A DNA stretch of 61,818 nucleotides, filler included, from Bipalium vagum (taxonomy: Eukaryota): NCBI GenBank assembly GCA_037834085.1. It is 3 parts of 3 records of this genome, joined end to end, with 100 filler letters (N's around TTAATTAATTAA, not from the genome) between each part and the next. Parts side by side here need not be neighbours in the genome. Positions count along the whole stretch, not along the records: positions 1 to 27,868 come from JBBMKC010077343.1; 2 more parts are not named here. One strand, 5' to 3'. This document shows positions 13,444 to 27,294 of this stretch, one piece after another; position 1 is the first letter of the stretch; every line of letters starts with the position of its first letter. A program made the position numbers and the translations under genes. Under the pieces are notes generated by a model. That model did no database searches. It worked only from the letters and a program-made list of their open reading frames with translations, and was not told where the DNA came from.

Positions 13444-13760
13444 CAGCGCGTTCCATAACTACCCGTGGAAAGTGAACTTAAGTATTTCTTAAGCAGATTG
13501 AGATATTTAACTGCTTGCTTAATAAAATTAAAGACAAATCTTTTAATTTTTATTTCATATAAAAATATTTACAACAATTGTTCGAAATGACCACCATTAA
13601 CTGATTTATATAAATTCATCCTTTTCACAATATATTAAAATACGCTATTCAAAGTTTCTGTAGTAACACTTTTTATTTCTTCGGTGATCTTATTCTTTAA
13701 ATGGCCCCATAAATAGAAGTCAAGAGGAGTTAAATCTGGTGAACGTGGACCCAATGTGTC
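13444..13760 (-). mobile_element. DD41D-like transposon 3' end
   Basis: PRSPDLTPLDFYLWGHLK and NGGHFEQLL* fragments; TIR-like TA-cagcgcgttccataactacccg. Confidence 0.65.
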
Positions 13761-14845
13761 CAAATATGATTGGTGTTAAATATAAAACAATGATGACGGA
13801 ATTACTTTTTGATTGATTTTGCTGTGTGCGTATTATCTGATTATTATCATTAAAACTTTTGAACATGTTTTCAAAGACCAATCATTTTAATTGGTATACT
13901 AAAGTTATAATTCCATTTTCAAAATTTTATTTTTATATTATTTTTATTTTTAAGCAAAAATCAAATTAACTGACTAGGTTTATTTCAATAGCTTAAAATT
14001 AGAGTTCCGTAATTGTTTATTAATAAATGGAATATTTATTATAGAATAAATATCTTTTTTTAAATTAACAAATAAAAAAGTTTTAAATAATAATAATTAT
14101 TATTATTAAATAGATATTAAATGATTAATTAAAAAAATTAATTTAACTCATAAAAATCGATAATTTTTCATTATAAAGTCAGACCTGGTATATTGGAAAA
14201 GGTGTTATGAGTAAGGCAACATACTTCCCTATATTTGGAATTGACGAGTAAATATTTGCTCACAAATAGTTGAAACCTGACGATTTTTGCGAGCATTCGA
14301 GCTGTGTCTTCAAGAGTAAAAATAAAAGAAATCAAAATAGTGAATATTAATTTGTAGCATATTTCGGGTATTGAAACCGACTTGAGAAATTATTTATATT
14401 ATAAAAGGTTACGAGAATATTTTAACTTTAGTTTGCTTTTTATGAAAATAATGTCAATATTTTTTATTTCATTTAATTTACGGAATATGGTGCTTATCAG
14501 TTTATCTGGTGCAATATGGTAATGGTGCAATATCAGATTAAGGTGCACCTAGTGTATCGTGTAAATGGTTGTAATAAATCTAAGAAAAAGTTAGAATAAG
14601 ATGGATATCCTCCATGGATGTTATTTTGTTGATTGGTATAGATATAGAAATGTTATGTAATATTTTGAACATGAGTATGGAAAAAAAATTAAAAATATCA
14701 CCATTATATGATATATATAAAACATTCACAACTTGGAGAAAAGGAAAACATGAATTTGAAAGACCAAAGTAACTAAAGAAAGAAAATTTAGCCAAAACGT
14801 TTTTATATAAAATTATAACAATTACCTAAAAAATAAAACAAGAAA

Positions 14846-15036
14846 TTATTTTTATTTCATTTCTTTTTTTTCATTTATTTTTATTTCATTTCTTTTATTT
14901 CATTTATTTTTATTTCATTTCTTTTTTTTTCATTTCTTTTTATTTCATTTCTTTTATTTCATTTCTTTTTATTTCATTTATTTTTATTTTTTTTTATTTT
15001 ATTTATTTTTATTTCATTTATTTTTATTTTATTTTT
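14846..15036. repeat. Degenerate tandem repeat, about 15-16-bp unit TTTTTATTTCATTT(C/A)
   Basis: About a dozen directly visible imperfect copies. Confidence 0.85.
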
Positions 15037-16943
15037 AAAATCATTAATTCAAATATTTACAATGTAAACAAAGTACGAAGATTATATTCATTAATAAAAG
15101 TAATTTCAATGAAGAATTTATATTATCTCATTGACAGTCTGAACTTTTTCTTTCAAAATATATAACAATGTTTTTATCTTGTGATAATGGTATTATTTTA
15201 TATCTTTAGATAAGAAGATGTGTAACAGGAGTGAATCTCACATGAACCACAGCGTAAGATAAGACCAGGTGCTAGATCCTTAAAACATCGTTTCATAATT
15301 AAAAAAATTATAATGTTCAATTCTCCTCCAGAGTAGTCCCACTTTGCTTATTGTCATCAATTTTTGACTTCATATCAATTCTAATATTCCTACAAAAACC
15401 CAAAAACACTTTCCATGGGAAAACTTATTTACCGTAAAATCTCCCGATTGAATATAGTTTTCATATCATTTGTAGCCTGGCGTCGACTCAGAACTGCGGA
15501 ACTGTGTAATATGCGAGGCTATTAGGAAGACTTAAATGCAATTATATCATCAGAATATTAATTAAAAAATCTGACACTTAATTATTTTTTCAGGAAAATA
15601 ACTGATAATTACTGTTATAAAAACATTAAATTGTTTATTTGGTATCAGAGTTTTTCTTCTAAAATATTTTTTTTAATTAGAAAAATTTATTTTTATTTTA
15701 TGAAAAGAAATTTTTCAAAATAAATATTTTTTTCTATATTTTTTTAATATGAATTTTCATTAATAATTAAATTATTTTTTAACTTTAAAAAAATGATAAA
15801 AACGTCAATCTATTACTATCAAAAATCAATAGTCTCTGCGAAACCCAATTTGATGGATAAATATGTATTTTCTTACAAAAAAAATTTAAAAATCCTTTTT
15901 TTATTAATTAAATAACGATCGTTTACATTTATACAATTTATACCTCAATTCTTCGACTTTCACTCGCTCTACAACTGGCTAAGTCAGTCAATGACCAATA
16001 ATCGATGTATAATCTAAAGTAAAATAATTATATTACAATTTTAAATATTATATGTCAACCTACGCTTGGCAATAGTTCAGCTAAACAAAATTAATTATTC
16101 AAAGATTTAGTACACTTTAAAATTGCAAAGCTATTGAAGTGACATTTAATTGACAATTAATAAAAATTGTCCAATAAATATTCAGTGAAAATATTTTTAT
16201 AATTCTATTAATTGCTTTATTTTAGAATTATATATGTATACATCTGATATTTCTTAAAATTAAGTTACCTTTATCAAGACTGAATATTAAAACAACAAAA
16301 TTCAGCAGAGTGAATTAGTAAAAACATAAAGATAGATGATTAGATATCTTCAATACAATATGTGTGTTTATTTATAAAGGTGAATTAATAAAAGGAATTA
16401 TTCGTGCAGTATGATCGTCAATATCCGACTAGAAACAGATATAAACTCATGTTCTCAAATATTAGGCAGGTAAACTTTATTACGAAAAATAAAACAAATG
16501 AAAATGCTGTATTTATCTGTCATTTATTTTAAGATTTAATATATCTCTACTTTAATATATTAATTTTAATGTTCTAAAATTGTTTTTAATAAATCCATTT
16601 CTAAATAATAAAAATAACAAAGGGCACACGGTGTGAACTAAGTCAGTTCGAATGAAGTCGCATATTTAGCCTAATAGAAGGCTGATCTATCTCAAACTGA
16701 TGTGTCACATAGAATGTGAAATTCTAGGAAGGTCAATGCACTCCATAGCCAGAGATTTGAATATGTCTGATGGAACAGTCCGTACAGTTATCCATGAAGA
16801 AGGATGTTTTTGGAAAAATTGAAATGATTAGAACTGTGTTTTGTATTAAAAATAAAAATTGATTTTTGTTAAAATATAAAATTTCTTTGTAAATTGTTAT
16901 TTTCGAAATTTTCCCAATTTACCTCACGCACCCTGTATGTTTG

Positions 16944-17019
16944 AATTATGGGGAAATAGGTCGAGTTAACAGAAGGTCTGAACCTTCATACTCTATGTGA
17001 CCTATATTTCCCCATAATT
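16944..17019. repeat. Short foldback / mini-MITE hairpin
   Basis: aattatggggaaataggtc pairs with gacctatatttccccataatt (2-nt indel), with an inner gaagg/ccttc stem. Related sequence occurs at about 17240. Confidence 0.55.
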
Positions 17020-18368
17020 TTAAACTCAACGAATTATTTTAAAGTCATTATTAACAAAAATCATTATTTTTATAATGTAATCTTGTTTTAGTATACAGAA
17101 AGTCATTACATAATAATAAAATATGTTTAGGTTAATTATTAATACTTATCAAGCTTCAAAGTTTTCCGTCATATAGAGCATTTTATTTATGCTATTGTTT
17201 TTGTATTTTAGCAGAGAATTAAATGCTTCCCAAACATGTTGAATTATGGTAAAAATTGATTTGAGTTAAAGAAATGTATATTTTAAACGTGCTTGGAAAT
17301 TTTTGAATTCTCAATCTCAATGTCAGCCTCCATAACTCTTAGAAACCCTAAGCCAACGGTGGTCACATTTAACTATAGTTTTGGATTATCATGTCTAAAG
17401 TAATATGAGTGAGGTTTTCTGTATATTTCATAATCTGATGGTCAACAGTTGTAAATTCTGAACCTAATGAACGGTGATTCAAGAACTCATTTTTCAACAG
17501 TCAAGCACTAATTTCTTATTATGAGCATCTTTCTTAAATAAAATAATGTCTTTATCCCTCAAACTTTGTTTTCTGAATTTACAAATACCAAGCACTGTCA
17601 ACAGCTTCTTAGAAAAACACCCAATAAAAGATTTTAGTTCTACAGCATACAGTCATCTTATGGATAACAAAGCTTTGAAGAGACTCCCAACAATAGCTAA
17701 ACAAGGGTTTGGAAGCAAGTAAAAAAGAAATCTTGATTCATTGTGATTATACTTGAAAGCATGAGGATAAAGTTGTAATTGTTATCGATTTTGTCATTCG
17801 ATCAATAAACACATTTAAAACGCAACGGTTCTTTTTCAATTCGTTGACCTTCATCAAGGAAATTATATATTTTTTTTGGACGTCAATAGCAGCAATTACC
17901 ACAAGTTATATGGTCATCCAAGTGAAAGGGTGCATCTAAAAATACTAAGGTCATAAAATGAAAGTGAACTGTCTTCAATTATTGGAAGTTTACCAATTGC
18001 ATGTTTGTTTGTATCATTTTATATTGTTTCGAGATTCTTTGTTTTTTTATCTTCCTACTGGAATTTTAGATATATTCCCATATCGATGTGATGAATGCCA
18101 CTATCTTGTAAACGGCTCTTCCAAGCTAAAAGCCATCTTTAATTGTTGTTGATTGATAATACTTATGAACACTTTGCAAAATTTTCTTTTCTGTTACATT
18201 GAAAGTACCATTTTTTGTGAACTGTCATTTGATGGTGACATTCATCTTGAATCTGAGTGAATTTTTTTGTGAGCTATTTTGATATGCCAATTCATAGCAG
18301 ACCGAAAATATCATCAACCAGCATTAATAGTAACGTTTCGAAAAATGATAATAAATTTATTTGAAATA

Positions 18369-19924
18369 TTAGGTGTACAAATAAGTTTTACAGCGATTCT
18401 TTGAAAAGTTTCAACATTTATCATAAAAAATATGATGCAGTTAATCTTCTAAATATTCACTGTTGTTGTCAATCACCTTATGTATTTTTAGGTAAAGAAT
18501 GAAAAAATAAAGGTTTTCATTCTTTGAATTGATGAAATCATCAGCCCATTTTTACTGGATAGTTAAAGCATGCATATAGAAATAATAATTATTTCGATTG
18601 TGTATGAACTACTTGAACTTCACAAGTGAGAAATTGTTTGAATGGATTCCAATATCTTAAATATGATTTTGTTTAAGCTAGTATTCGTTTACAATTTTGG
18701 AACCCAGCGAGACACAATTTTTGAAGGCCAATTCATCAATTGTTGAATGAATACTTCCGACGGCTTCAGGCAATTGATCACTTTTATACTTCGGTTATCA
18801 AAGATTATATATAACAAGTTCAGAATTTGAATCCTTAATATTGGTGAATGGTCTTCAGTTTTTGGGCTTGTCTAAAATATTGGAATTTTCCTTTTATAAT
18901 CGATTTATCTATCTTCTAACGTTCCTGATATCAATTGTCTCATTATATATAGGGTGTTTATTATGTATGTTAATATATTACTACTTTATATTAATACTTT
19001 TTTTTAAATTACAAGGTTAAAAATAAAGGTATTAATAATTTGTTTATATGGATAATCCATTTAGTTAATTTTAAAATAAAATGGCTTTGCGCTTTTCGAT
19101 AAAGAAGAAAGAATTCAAATTGCTGTATGGAACTCCAAATTTTATAATTTTGAAGGTATTAGAAAAAGAAGTTTATCATTCCACCACCAAGTAGGCAAAC
19201 AATTAAAAAAATAGTGGAAAAGTTTAAGGAAACTGGAACTGTGCATGACCAAGTAAAATCCGGCCGAATTCGTTCCATATTAACAACGAAAAAAATTCAG
19301 AGTAAAAAAAATTGTTGAAGAATCTAGCAATTTGTCAGTTTGGCAGGGTGCTAGAAAACTTCACATGACTGTAAGCAGTTATTACAAGGCAATTAATGAA
19401 GCAGGCTTTCATTCATTGAGATCAGCGATGACGACTTTGACCGAAGAATGGAATTTTGTCAGACAATATTGGTACAATTCCAAAATGACTCTTCCTTGGT
19501 CAACAAGATAATATGATCAGACAAGAGTTGTTAAACAAAATGTATACAGAGACAGACCTCATACAATCGCTGAGCTCAAAGATAAAATCAGTCATTTTTG
19601 TAATGAAGTAGATACTGGAATGTGCCACGAGCATGTCTAAATGTATTGTCTCGATTAAGCCATTGCCAGTTATCAACGGGCGTCAAATGATATAATTACA
19701 TATTGTATTTGTTTTTAAATATATGTTATTCAAATAAAAAAGTATTACCTACGTTATATCTTTATTGTTTGTTAAAATATTTAAAATGAATGCTAACATA
19801 CATAATAAACACCCTGTATATATATGTCGTAGCTCCTGATAAATTTTCAGTTTTTTTTCACCACATTGAAACAAAACCGTATCTTGCACGTTTATTTAAG
19901 TTTCGTGCTTATTTCATGAGCCAT
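18369..19924 (-). mobile_element. Decayed mariner element split by a nested insertion
   Basis: TIR TA-ttaggtgtacaaataagtttt at 18369. N-terminal transposase fragments (IRFCF, NETIDIRNVRR) continue across the 18950-19816 insert. Confidence 0.55.
18950..19816 (+). mobile_element. Internally deleted Tc1/mariner-superfamily element (DD41D-like) with TIRs
   Basis: TIRs (c/t)agggtgtttattatgtatgtta and taacatacataataaacaccctg, TA flanks. Degenerate transposase fragments from 19081 (KFKETGTVHDQVKSGR, DDDFDRRMEFC, RPHTIAELK). Confidence 0.75.
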
Positions 19925-20890
19925 AATTTTTAAAGTAATATATTTAAACAAAAATAGCAATCATTTTCTAATATAAAAATACTTTATGTTTGTAGGTGAA
20001 CAGGTCTTTATTTATGGACATCAGTAGTTTTCGAATATTTGCAAGCAGGTAAGACTTTTTCAGCAGACTCAATAACTGATTTTAGAGTCATAAAGTTGTT
20101 GATAGGTAACTGCGACATTTTCTATATTGACTGAAATATTAAAACTATGAAATAATCATAAAACAAGGCATAATAACCGAACATGTCACAACTGAGAATA
20201 TGTTGCTCTGACGATCATTAATTCGAACCACTTGAAAAATGTTGACCCAGGATCTCTTATATTTTTAATTGCTTATCTTTCATGGAAATCGATTCAACTT
20301 TCCTTTCTATCATCCAAGGTATATCAATTTAAAACAAATTAATACAATGATCGTTTGAAACCTGTCTGTCGAGTCTCTCTAATACCTTCAAAATCCAATA
20401 CTGTTTTCAATTTCTATTTTCTCCTGCCTGTCTCAGATTTCAATGGGGAACAATGAAATCTAAAGCTTTAACATTGAAGATGTACATAATAAAGTCGATT
20501 GAGAGAGTAATCTCCCTAACATTGTTTCTCAAGAGCTTAACGAGTTCAGTTATCTGTAATGACTTTAATTTTATTTACAGAATTTGAGCATTTAAACAAA
20601 TATTTCAGCTAAAACATCAATTTTTAGCAGCAGTGATTAAAATGAATTAATTCTATAATTACAGATTGCTACTAATTGCTGTAATAACAGTGTGGAAGTC
20701 TGTCAGGAGCTTGTAACTATAATTAAAAGGGATGAATCCTGAGACAGATATTGAATGTAATTTTCTAATTATACTAATTTGTAGAAAAATTATTCAAGTA
20801 TTAAATAATACGATAAAATGTTGAAAAATACTGAAAAATTTTCAATTATATAGAATATTAAATAATTTCTGCAGTTTATATATTTTATAT

Positions 20891-21079
20891 NNNNNNNNNN
20901 NNNNNNNNNNNNNNNNNNNNNNNNNNNNNNNNNNNNNNNNNNNNNNNNNNNNNNNNNNNNNNNNNNNNNNNNNNNNNNNNNNNNNNNNNNNNNNNNNNNN
21001 NNNNNNNNNNNNNNNNNNNNNNNNNNNNNNNNNNNNNNNNNNNNNNNNNNNNNNNNNNNNNNNNNNNNNNNNNNNNNNN
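20891..21079. other. Assembly gap (N run)
   Basis: Uninterrupted N run. Confidence 0.99.
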
Positions 21080-21532
21080 GCGATTTCAACAGCCGTTAAA
21101 TAATAAATCTTTTTAATGATGATTTTAATTAAATTGTTTTAATTCAGTTAATTTCGATGAATTTTTATCAATGGAAATTGTTTTGGAAATGAAAAATATT
21201 TCGTAAAATTATTATTTAAACAATTCCAGTTATTAAATGAGTACAAAATAATATTTTGAATATTATTTTGAAATTTTTAATTACGGTGTTGTATCAAAAG
21301 TGTCCGAAGTTTTGATTGTTTAATTTTCTTTTATCAAAATAATTATTTTTTAATAACAATTCTTAAAAAATTTATTTAATTTTGGATATAATGGTGAATA
21401 TTAATATGAAGGTGGATATATTTAGTAACTCCTAAGATATATGAACTTTCCTTTAATAACAACAGCCCACATATTACTCTATTAATGGAAATTTTTTGGA
21501 TTTTAACCAATCCAGTGATTAGGAATTTGAAA

Positions 21533-22731
21533 ATCAGGAGTATAAATATCTTGGTTTTCGTGTTCAATTTGCAATTAGATTCGACTTAACAAGTTTAACC
21601 GGTAATAAAAAAGATAAATAAATTACGCTTTTGCTATTTTATAAATCGATCTCTTTTGAGTCAAGCAAATTAAATAATTACTACTTAACGGATTCAGTGC
21701 AAATACTCTGCAATACATTCTTTTTATTATGTTCTCTATTTTACGTATTTTGTTCTCTTTGGAAATCAATTCTGCTTTCTTTGGAAGACAAAGATAAGTC
21801 TGGAAGGCCAAAAGAGTTGGAGAATTATCAAATTATGAACCTTCTGGAAAAAAAACAGATCAATTTGTGTTAAACAAATCGCTTCTGAGCTAAATATAAG
21901 CGAGCCCATAAGAAACCGACTGAAAGCATTAGGTTAACTTGTAAACTCGACAAATGGGTTCCCCACCAACTAGCAGAAAAAAACAAATTGGATCTCATTG
22001 AAATTTTTCAAGACTTCTCGGAAGAAATTGAAGTGATCCGTTTCTCGAAGGGTTAGTCACTTGCGATGAAAAGTGGATCTATCATAACAACATAACCAGA
22101 CGAAGATCAGAGTCATTGAAAAGAGTGCCTCCGCAAAAAAATGAAAAACGAAACCTTACACGAAACAAGGTTCTTTTATGCATTTAGTGGGATTCTCGTG
22201 GAATTATTTATCAGGAGTTTCTCAAATCCGTGGAAACCATTAATTCTAATGTCTATTGTGACATGCTAAGAAGAGTTCATGCCGTTATGAAGGGAAACCG
22301 GAGCAGTTTGATAAACCGGAAGCAAGCGATTTTCCACCAACATAATGCCAAGCCTCACAAATCAATGAGTTATTCAGGTTATTCAGGAATTGAACTTGAC
22401 TCTAATGGAACATTCTCCATATACTCCTGATATCACCCCAACCGATTTTTATTTGTTCCGGGTATTACAGAATCACTTGATGGGTAAAAATTTTAAGAGT
22501 TCCGAAGGTATAAAGAATGATGTACTTTTTTTCTTTCATTCAAAAGATCGAGATTTCTTTAATACTGGGATCAATAAACTTCTAAAAGGTTGGGAGGCAG
22601 TAATAGAAAAAGATGGAGAATATCTGTATGATTAATTGTTTAATAATTTTTTATGATTAATAAATTAAATTTAACTTCAGTCTTAGTTTAGTTTTGAATT
22701 AATAAACCAAATAACTTAGTTCATTACCTGA
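21533..22731 (+). mobile_element. Near full-length, inactivated mariner (DD34D) element
   Basis: WVPHQL, VTCDEKW, HQHNAKPH, YTPDITPTDFYLF and VIEKDGEY motifs across frameshifts; imperfect TIRs atcagg...ttggttt and aaaccaa...cctgata. Confidence 0.9.
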
Positions 22732-23307
22732 TATTTAATTTTGATATTTTCATTCTGCAATAATTAACAAAAGTAGTTTTTTTAAAACACCTTGTATCTA
22801 ATTTTAAATATTGCCGTCAATTTTGTTTAAGCTATTTTTTTCTTTTTTTTTCCTTTTCTCCAAGTATGGTTAAATAATTCTATTGTGTAATATATATATA
22901 TATATATATATATTATTAATTGTATTAAGATTTATTACACAAATATATTAATATAAAGTACACATGCATCGTTTTATTTACTTATTATATTAAATATTAT
23001 TATATGTAAAGATAATTTGTTTCTGGTAGACACTGAATAATTTACGATCCATTGATGATATACTAAAGTTTAACTTATTCGCCTTTCACTAAATTCAATG
23101 CTTCAAGAAATCAATACATCACCATGACAGAAACGTCACAGACGACGGAATTAAATTAATAATCAATTTTCAAATAATTAATTTATATAATCTATTGGAA
23201 AAACACTACTATCCCTTGGAAAAAAAGTAATACACAAACAAACACATTTATTTCAAATTAGTTATGACACTGCGTTAATTTCCTGACACGCCCTCTTTTC
23301 CGTTATT

Positions 23308-26300
23308 TCAATCCTTGGCACCCTTCTTTCTGAAAATAAATTTAATCGATAAAAACGTCAAAATGAAAGAGTATAAAATCGCCAACAGTGCTGCCGGTAT
23401 AATCGAATTCTTGCCACTGAGAGGAACACAGAATCTGTTTTCGCTTTTCATCTTGCTCTGCATCTTGTTGACCCTTTTCATCTCCGAATCACCGATGGAG
23501 CTCGTGATCTTTGATTGTTCCTGGAGTTTTTTGAAGCGCTTTTCCGATTTGATTTTTCCCGATGTTTTACCATGGAAACGGTGACTCAACGACCGGAACG
23601 CTTCTTTCGGAGGCTGTGGCCGACCGAATTCATCGTGGTAATCCAGCTTGATGTCGGGCACGAAGTCCGACTTGTCCTGGAACGCAGTTTCCGGAACGGT
23701 GCGCCGTTCGCGTCGCGGACATTTCTGATCGATGTCATCATAACGAATTTTTTCCTCCTGGAAATTCTGAGCTCGGAGCATTTGATTTTTCGGATTAGTT
23801 ATGAGCTAAACGAAAAATATGATTCCTTAATCAATCCACCCATCTCCTTTGTTAAAACGTTAAACCATTAATCGCTTACCGATGCCGTCTTGTGCTCGTC
23901 CAGGTAACCCTTGTTCTTGGCCAACATCAAAGTGGTGAATATTCCTGAATTGATTTGGACCTCGTCGCCCAGAATTCCATCTGTCAACTTCAGCTTTTTC
24001 TTCGTCTGAGGCACCGGCACTGGAGCATCTCTGAAGTTCCGTTTCTTTTTCATTGGCTGCGGTGGCAAAGAAAGGATCTTCTCTTCTGGTTGCCATCCAC
24101 TGCTTTGGACTGTGATAAATAATAATGATCAATTTTTATTTCAAAATCCCAAACATAAATAATCAATAATTATTAAAATATCAATTATAAAAATATCTGA
24201 AAGAAATAAATAAAGCCAATATTAAATTGATTAAATAACTATTACAGATAAAGGTAAAATTTTTAAGAAAAAGCAAAAGGACAATAAAAATAAAAAATCA
24301 AAATCAAAATATTTTTAATATTTCCATTGCTTTATAAAATTTTATTTATATAATAAATTTTATTATATAAATGAAATTATTGAAAAACAGGAACATTACA
24401 TAATTTAAAAAACATTTTAAAAATTCAATAAGAAAATATATAAATTTAGATAATTATTAATATAAAATAAAAAACACTAAACAATTAAGATATACTAAGA
24501 TATTATATTAAATAAACTAAAGGTTTTTTTTTTAAAAATAATAAAACTAATGAGAAAATATTTAAAAATTGAAAAAAGATCGATATTAAAATGTGATTAT
24601 TAAAAAAAAGTTAAAATTCATTATAAATCATTAAGAAATCAATAAAACGACAGTGGTTTGCGTAATAAAAACGTTAAAAAAATTGAAATAAAAATTACTC
24701 GGTTCTTCTTCTTCTTTCACCTCTTCTTTCTTCGGAGGCGCCGTTGGTAATGGTCTAGCAATAGGTTCCTCTTTGATCTGAGCCGCGATTTCGGCGTCGT
24801 TTTTCCGTTTTGATTGCAAAATTCCATAAATTGATTTTGTGTATTCTTCAGTTTTTGTCAGAATGATCTTTCTACCATCGACCGCTGATGACGTCGTCGG
24901 TTCCGTTTTAACGTCCTCCATTGGACTGGACACGTCAATAACGGTGACGGTGCCAGACCCGTGATCAGGTGCTTTCGGCTTCGCTTTCTTCATCAAAGAC
25001 AATTGACGTTTCAGTTCCATGTTGACCACAGAGGATTCCAAATCGGCCATTACTAATGTCGGTCGATAACTGTCCTCATCGTCATCGTCGTCATCATCAC
25101 CAACACCGTTGGAAACGGTCGATGTTCCGGCTCGTTTAACGGATCTCTCGCGTTTTGTCTGGGTTTTCCTGCTAACCTCTTCTTCTGCCAACTCACCCTC
25201 TTCCGTTTTCGGTTTCACGGGCTCCTTCTTTTCTACCTCTTCCAGCTTCCCGATCGCGACCGGCTTGGCCGCGTTAGTACGGGTACCGCGTGCTTTTCGC
25301 TTCCGCATTTTTATTTTGTTGTTCATTTCTTCGGCAGTGAAATAATCGCTGGCCACTTTCACTTCATCACTGTACGAAAATCTCGTCTGAAATATATATT
25401 TAAATGAAAATAATGAATAAATAATGACTAAAGCCGATGGAACACGAAGATTTGGTTGAATCGGTAAAAAAATAAATTATTATTGACTTTTCAATTTAAA
25501 ATCAATAAATATATAATTAATTTTACTAATCATTTGGAGAATCAATAAAACTTAAGAAATATTTTAAAAAGAAAATCTAGAACTTTAAATAATGATTATT
25601 TTTACATTAATACTTTAAAAATTATTATAGAAAATATTTAATTAATCATTTATTTGACATTTAAATTGAAAAACGATAAAAATTAAAAAACATCCATCAT
25701 TATTGATTTTTAATAATTTCTTTAAAAAAATTTAAGAAAATTGAGATTCAAATTATTGAGGTGCCTCACTTTTCCGCTATAGAAACTTTCTCGTAGTTCC
25801 TGTTCCGCTTTTTCCTGGCCCATGTCGTACCGCCCTTTGGAGTCCAAAACAAATCGATTTTTCTTTACTCCATCTATCGATTCGTCATATTTTGCCAATA
25901 TATTTGTCTTCATCAGAGATAGGGGATCATCCTCGTCGTCTGAATCGATATATGCACTGTACGCTGTCATTTTGCGGTTACGGACGTTCCGTTCGGCCTT
26001 TTCATAATCAACCAGGTTAACATTGACCAAAACGTCACCATTTTCTTCGCCCAAAACATCTGCAAACAAAAAAATGTATATTTACTTAGATCGATAAAAG
26101 ACTCAAGTTAAAAGAAAAGTTGAAAGATCGATAGTTAAGAATTTTGATTTTTATCAGATATCAAAAAATGGTTACTTGAATCTTTTAATGTTAAAATTGT
26201 CGGTCCTGTCATTTCAAATCGGCTTGCTTTGTGTTCGATTGGAATGCCACATAAGTCTTTCGAACGATAACTGGGCAAGTCGTAAGATTCAACTTCCATT

Positions 26301-26846
26301 TGTTCATTGTTATCACTCGATTCATTGCCTTCCTCTTCTTTCTTCCGTTGTGATTCAATCTCAATTCTTTTGGCTTCAACTTTCTTCAAAAAATCCATTG
26401 TTGATTCCTTCTCATACTGAGACAAAGGCATTTCATTTGCCAACATTTCGTTTATCTCACGATTTTCTTTGTGACGTTTTAGTTTTTCTTCGAGCTTCTC
26501 TTTTGACTTGATGTCGCCAATATTCTTGGCAGGAGCATGAACAAAGTCATTTGCTTTAGGAGCTTCTGAAATCGTTTGTCAAGTTGAAAATGATTACCAA
26601 CTACAATTCATATTACCGGATATATTTTGATCTGATGTGTCACTGTTATTTAGTTCCAAAGGTTTCAAACCAAGCTGTAAACGAACTTTGCTAAAAACCA
26701 AAAATAAAAGCAACATTGAAAATATCCTATACTTTATTACTTTGTTTCTTCAATACTCAAAGAGGTTCCATCTCCTATTGGAATATAATTTCAATTAAAT
26801 ATTAAAATAATTATTTCTTACGAAAATCAGGATCTGAATTGGACAT
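23308..26846 (-). CDS. SART1: U4/U6.U5 tri-snRNP-associated protein 1 (SART1/Snu66), 9 predicted exons
   Basis: Predicted exons 26822-26846, 26741-26774, 26617-26690, 26176-26565, 25770-26059, 24699-25386, 23880-24109, 23387-23805 and 23308-23329, all GT-AG and frame-consistent. Motifs: HIND LSIEETNKVRLQLGLKPL, TILTLKD..VL, DVLVNVNL, ILAKYDE, VASDYFTAEEM, DEFGR..PKEAFRSLSHRFHGK.SGK.K.EKR. Confidence 0.93.
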
Positions 26847-27294
26847 TATTTAAATAGAAATATAGGTTTAAAATGTTGTCATTAATATTATTATTAAAAC
26901 AATATTATTAAACTGTTGTTGAAAACATTTTTAGATTTTAAATAATTTGTCTCATTTGTACACAAATTGTATAATTAATTAATTCTGTTTTATTTTTTTC
27001 GTATTCATTCATATTTTCCTATATATTGAGATATAGATTTGTAATTTTTAAACCTTTAATTTTATATTGTATTTATCTCTTAACATGTCAGAAAATTATT
27101 TTATCAATATTATTGAAGTTGTCCTTTATTTGTGCGTATTTTTTCAAGTACAATGTTTGCGTGTGAAACGAAATGATGTTAAACTTTCTTACTTATTATT
27201 AAAATTTAATTTGTAAATAAATTTCAGAGGTTCTTTTTCATTTTTTTATTTTGATTAAAGTAATTGATAAAATCGAAGACATGAGAAGAATTTA

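Noticed and set aside
14277-14316. Antisense Penelope-type minimal hammerhead-like motif (TTGAAGA...AAAATCGTCAGG); similar motif at about 33105-33130
   Set aside because: The CUGANGA/GAAA core is incomplete or stem II does not close; at most a decayed remnant.
14846-15036. CRISPR-like or coding repeat array
   Set aside because: No spacers; simple degenerate T-rich tandem repeat in a eukaryotic context.
15640-15650. TGGTATCAGAG, matching a tRNA-iMet primer-binding site
   Set aside because: Not preceded by an LTR-ending CA and no gag/pol follows.
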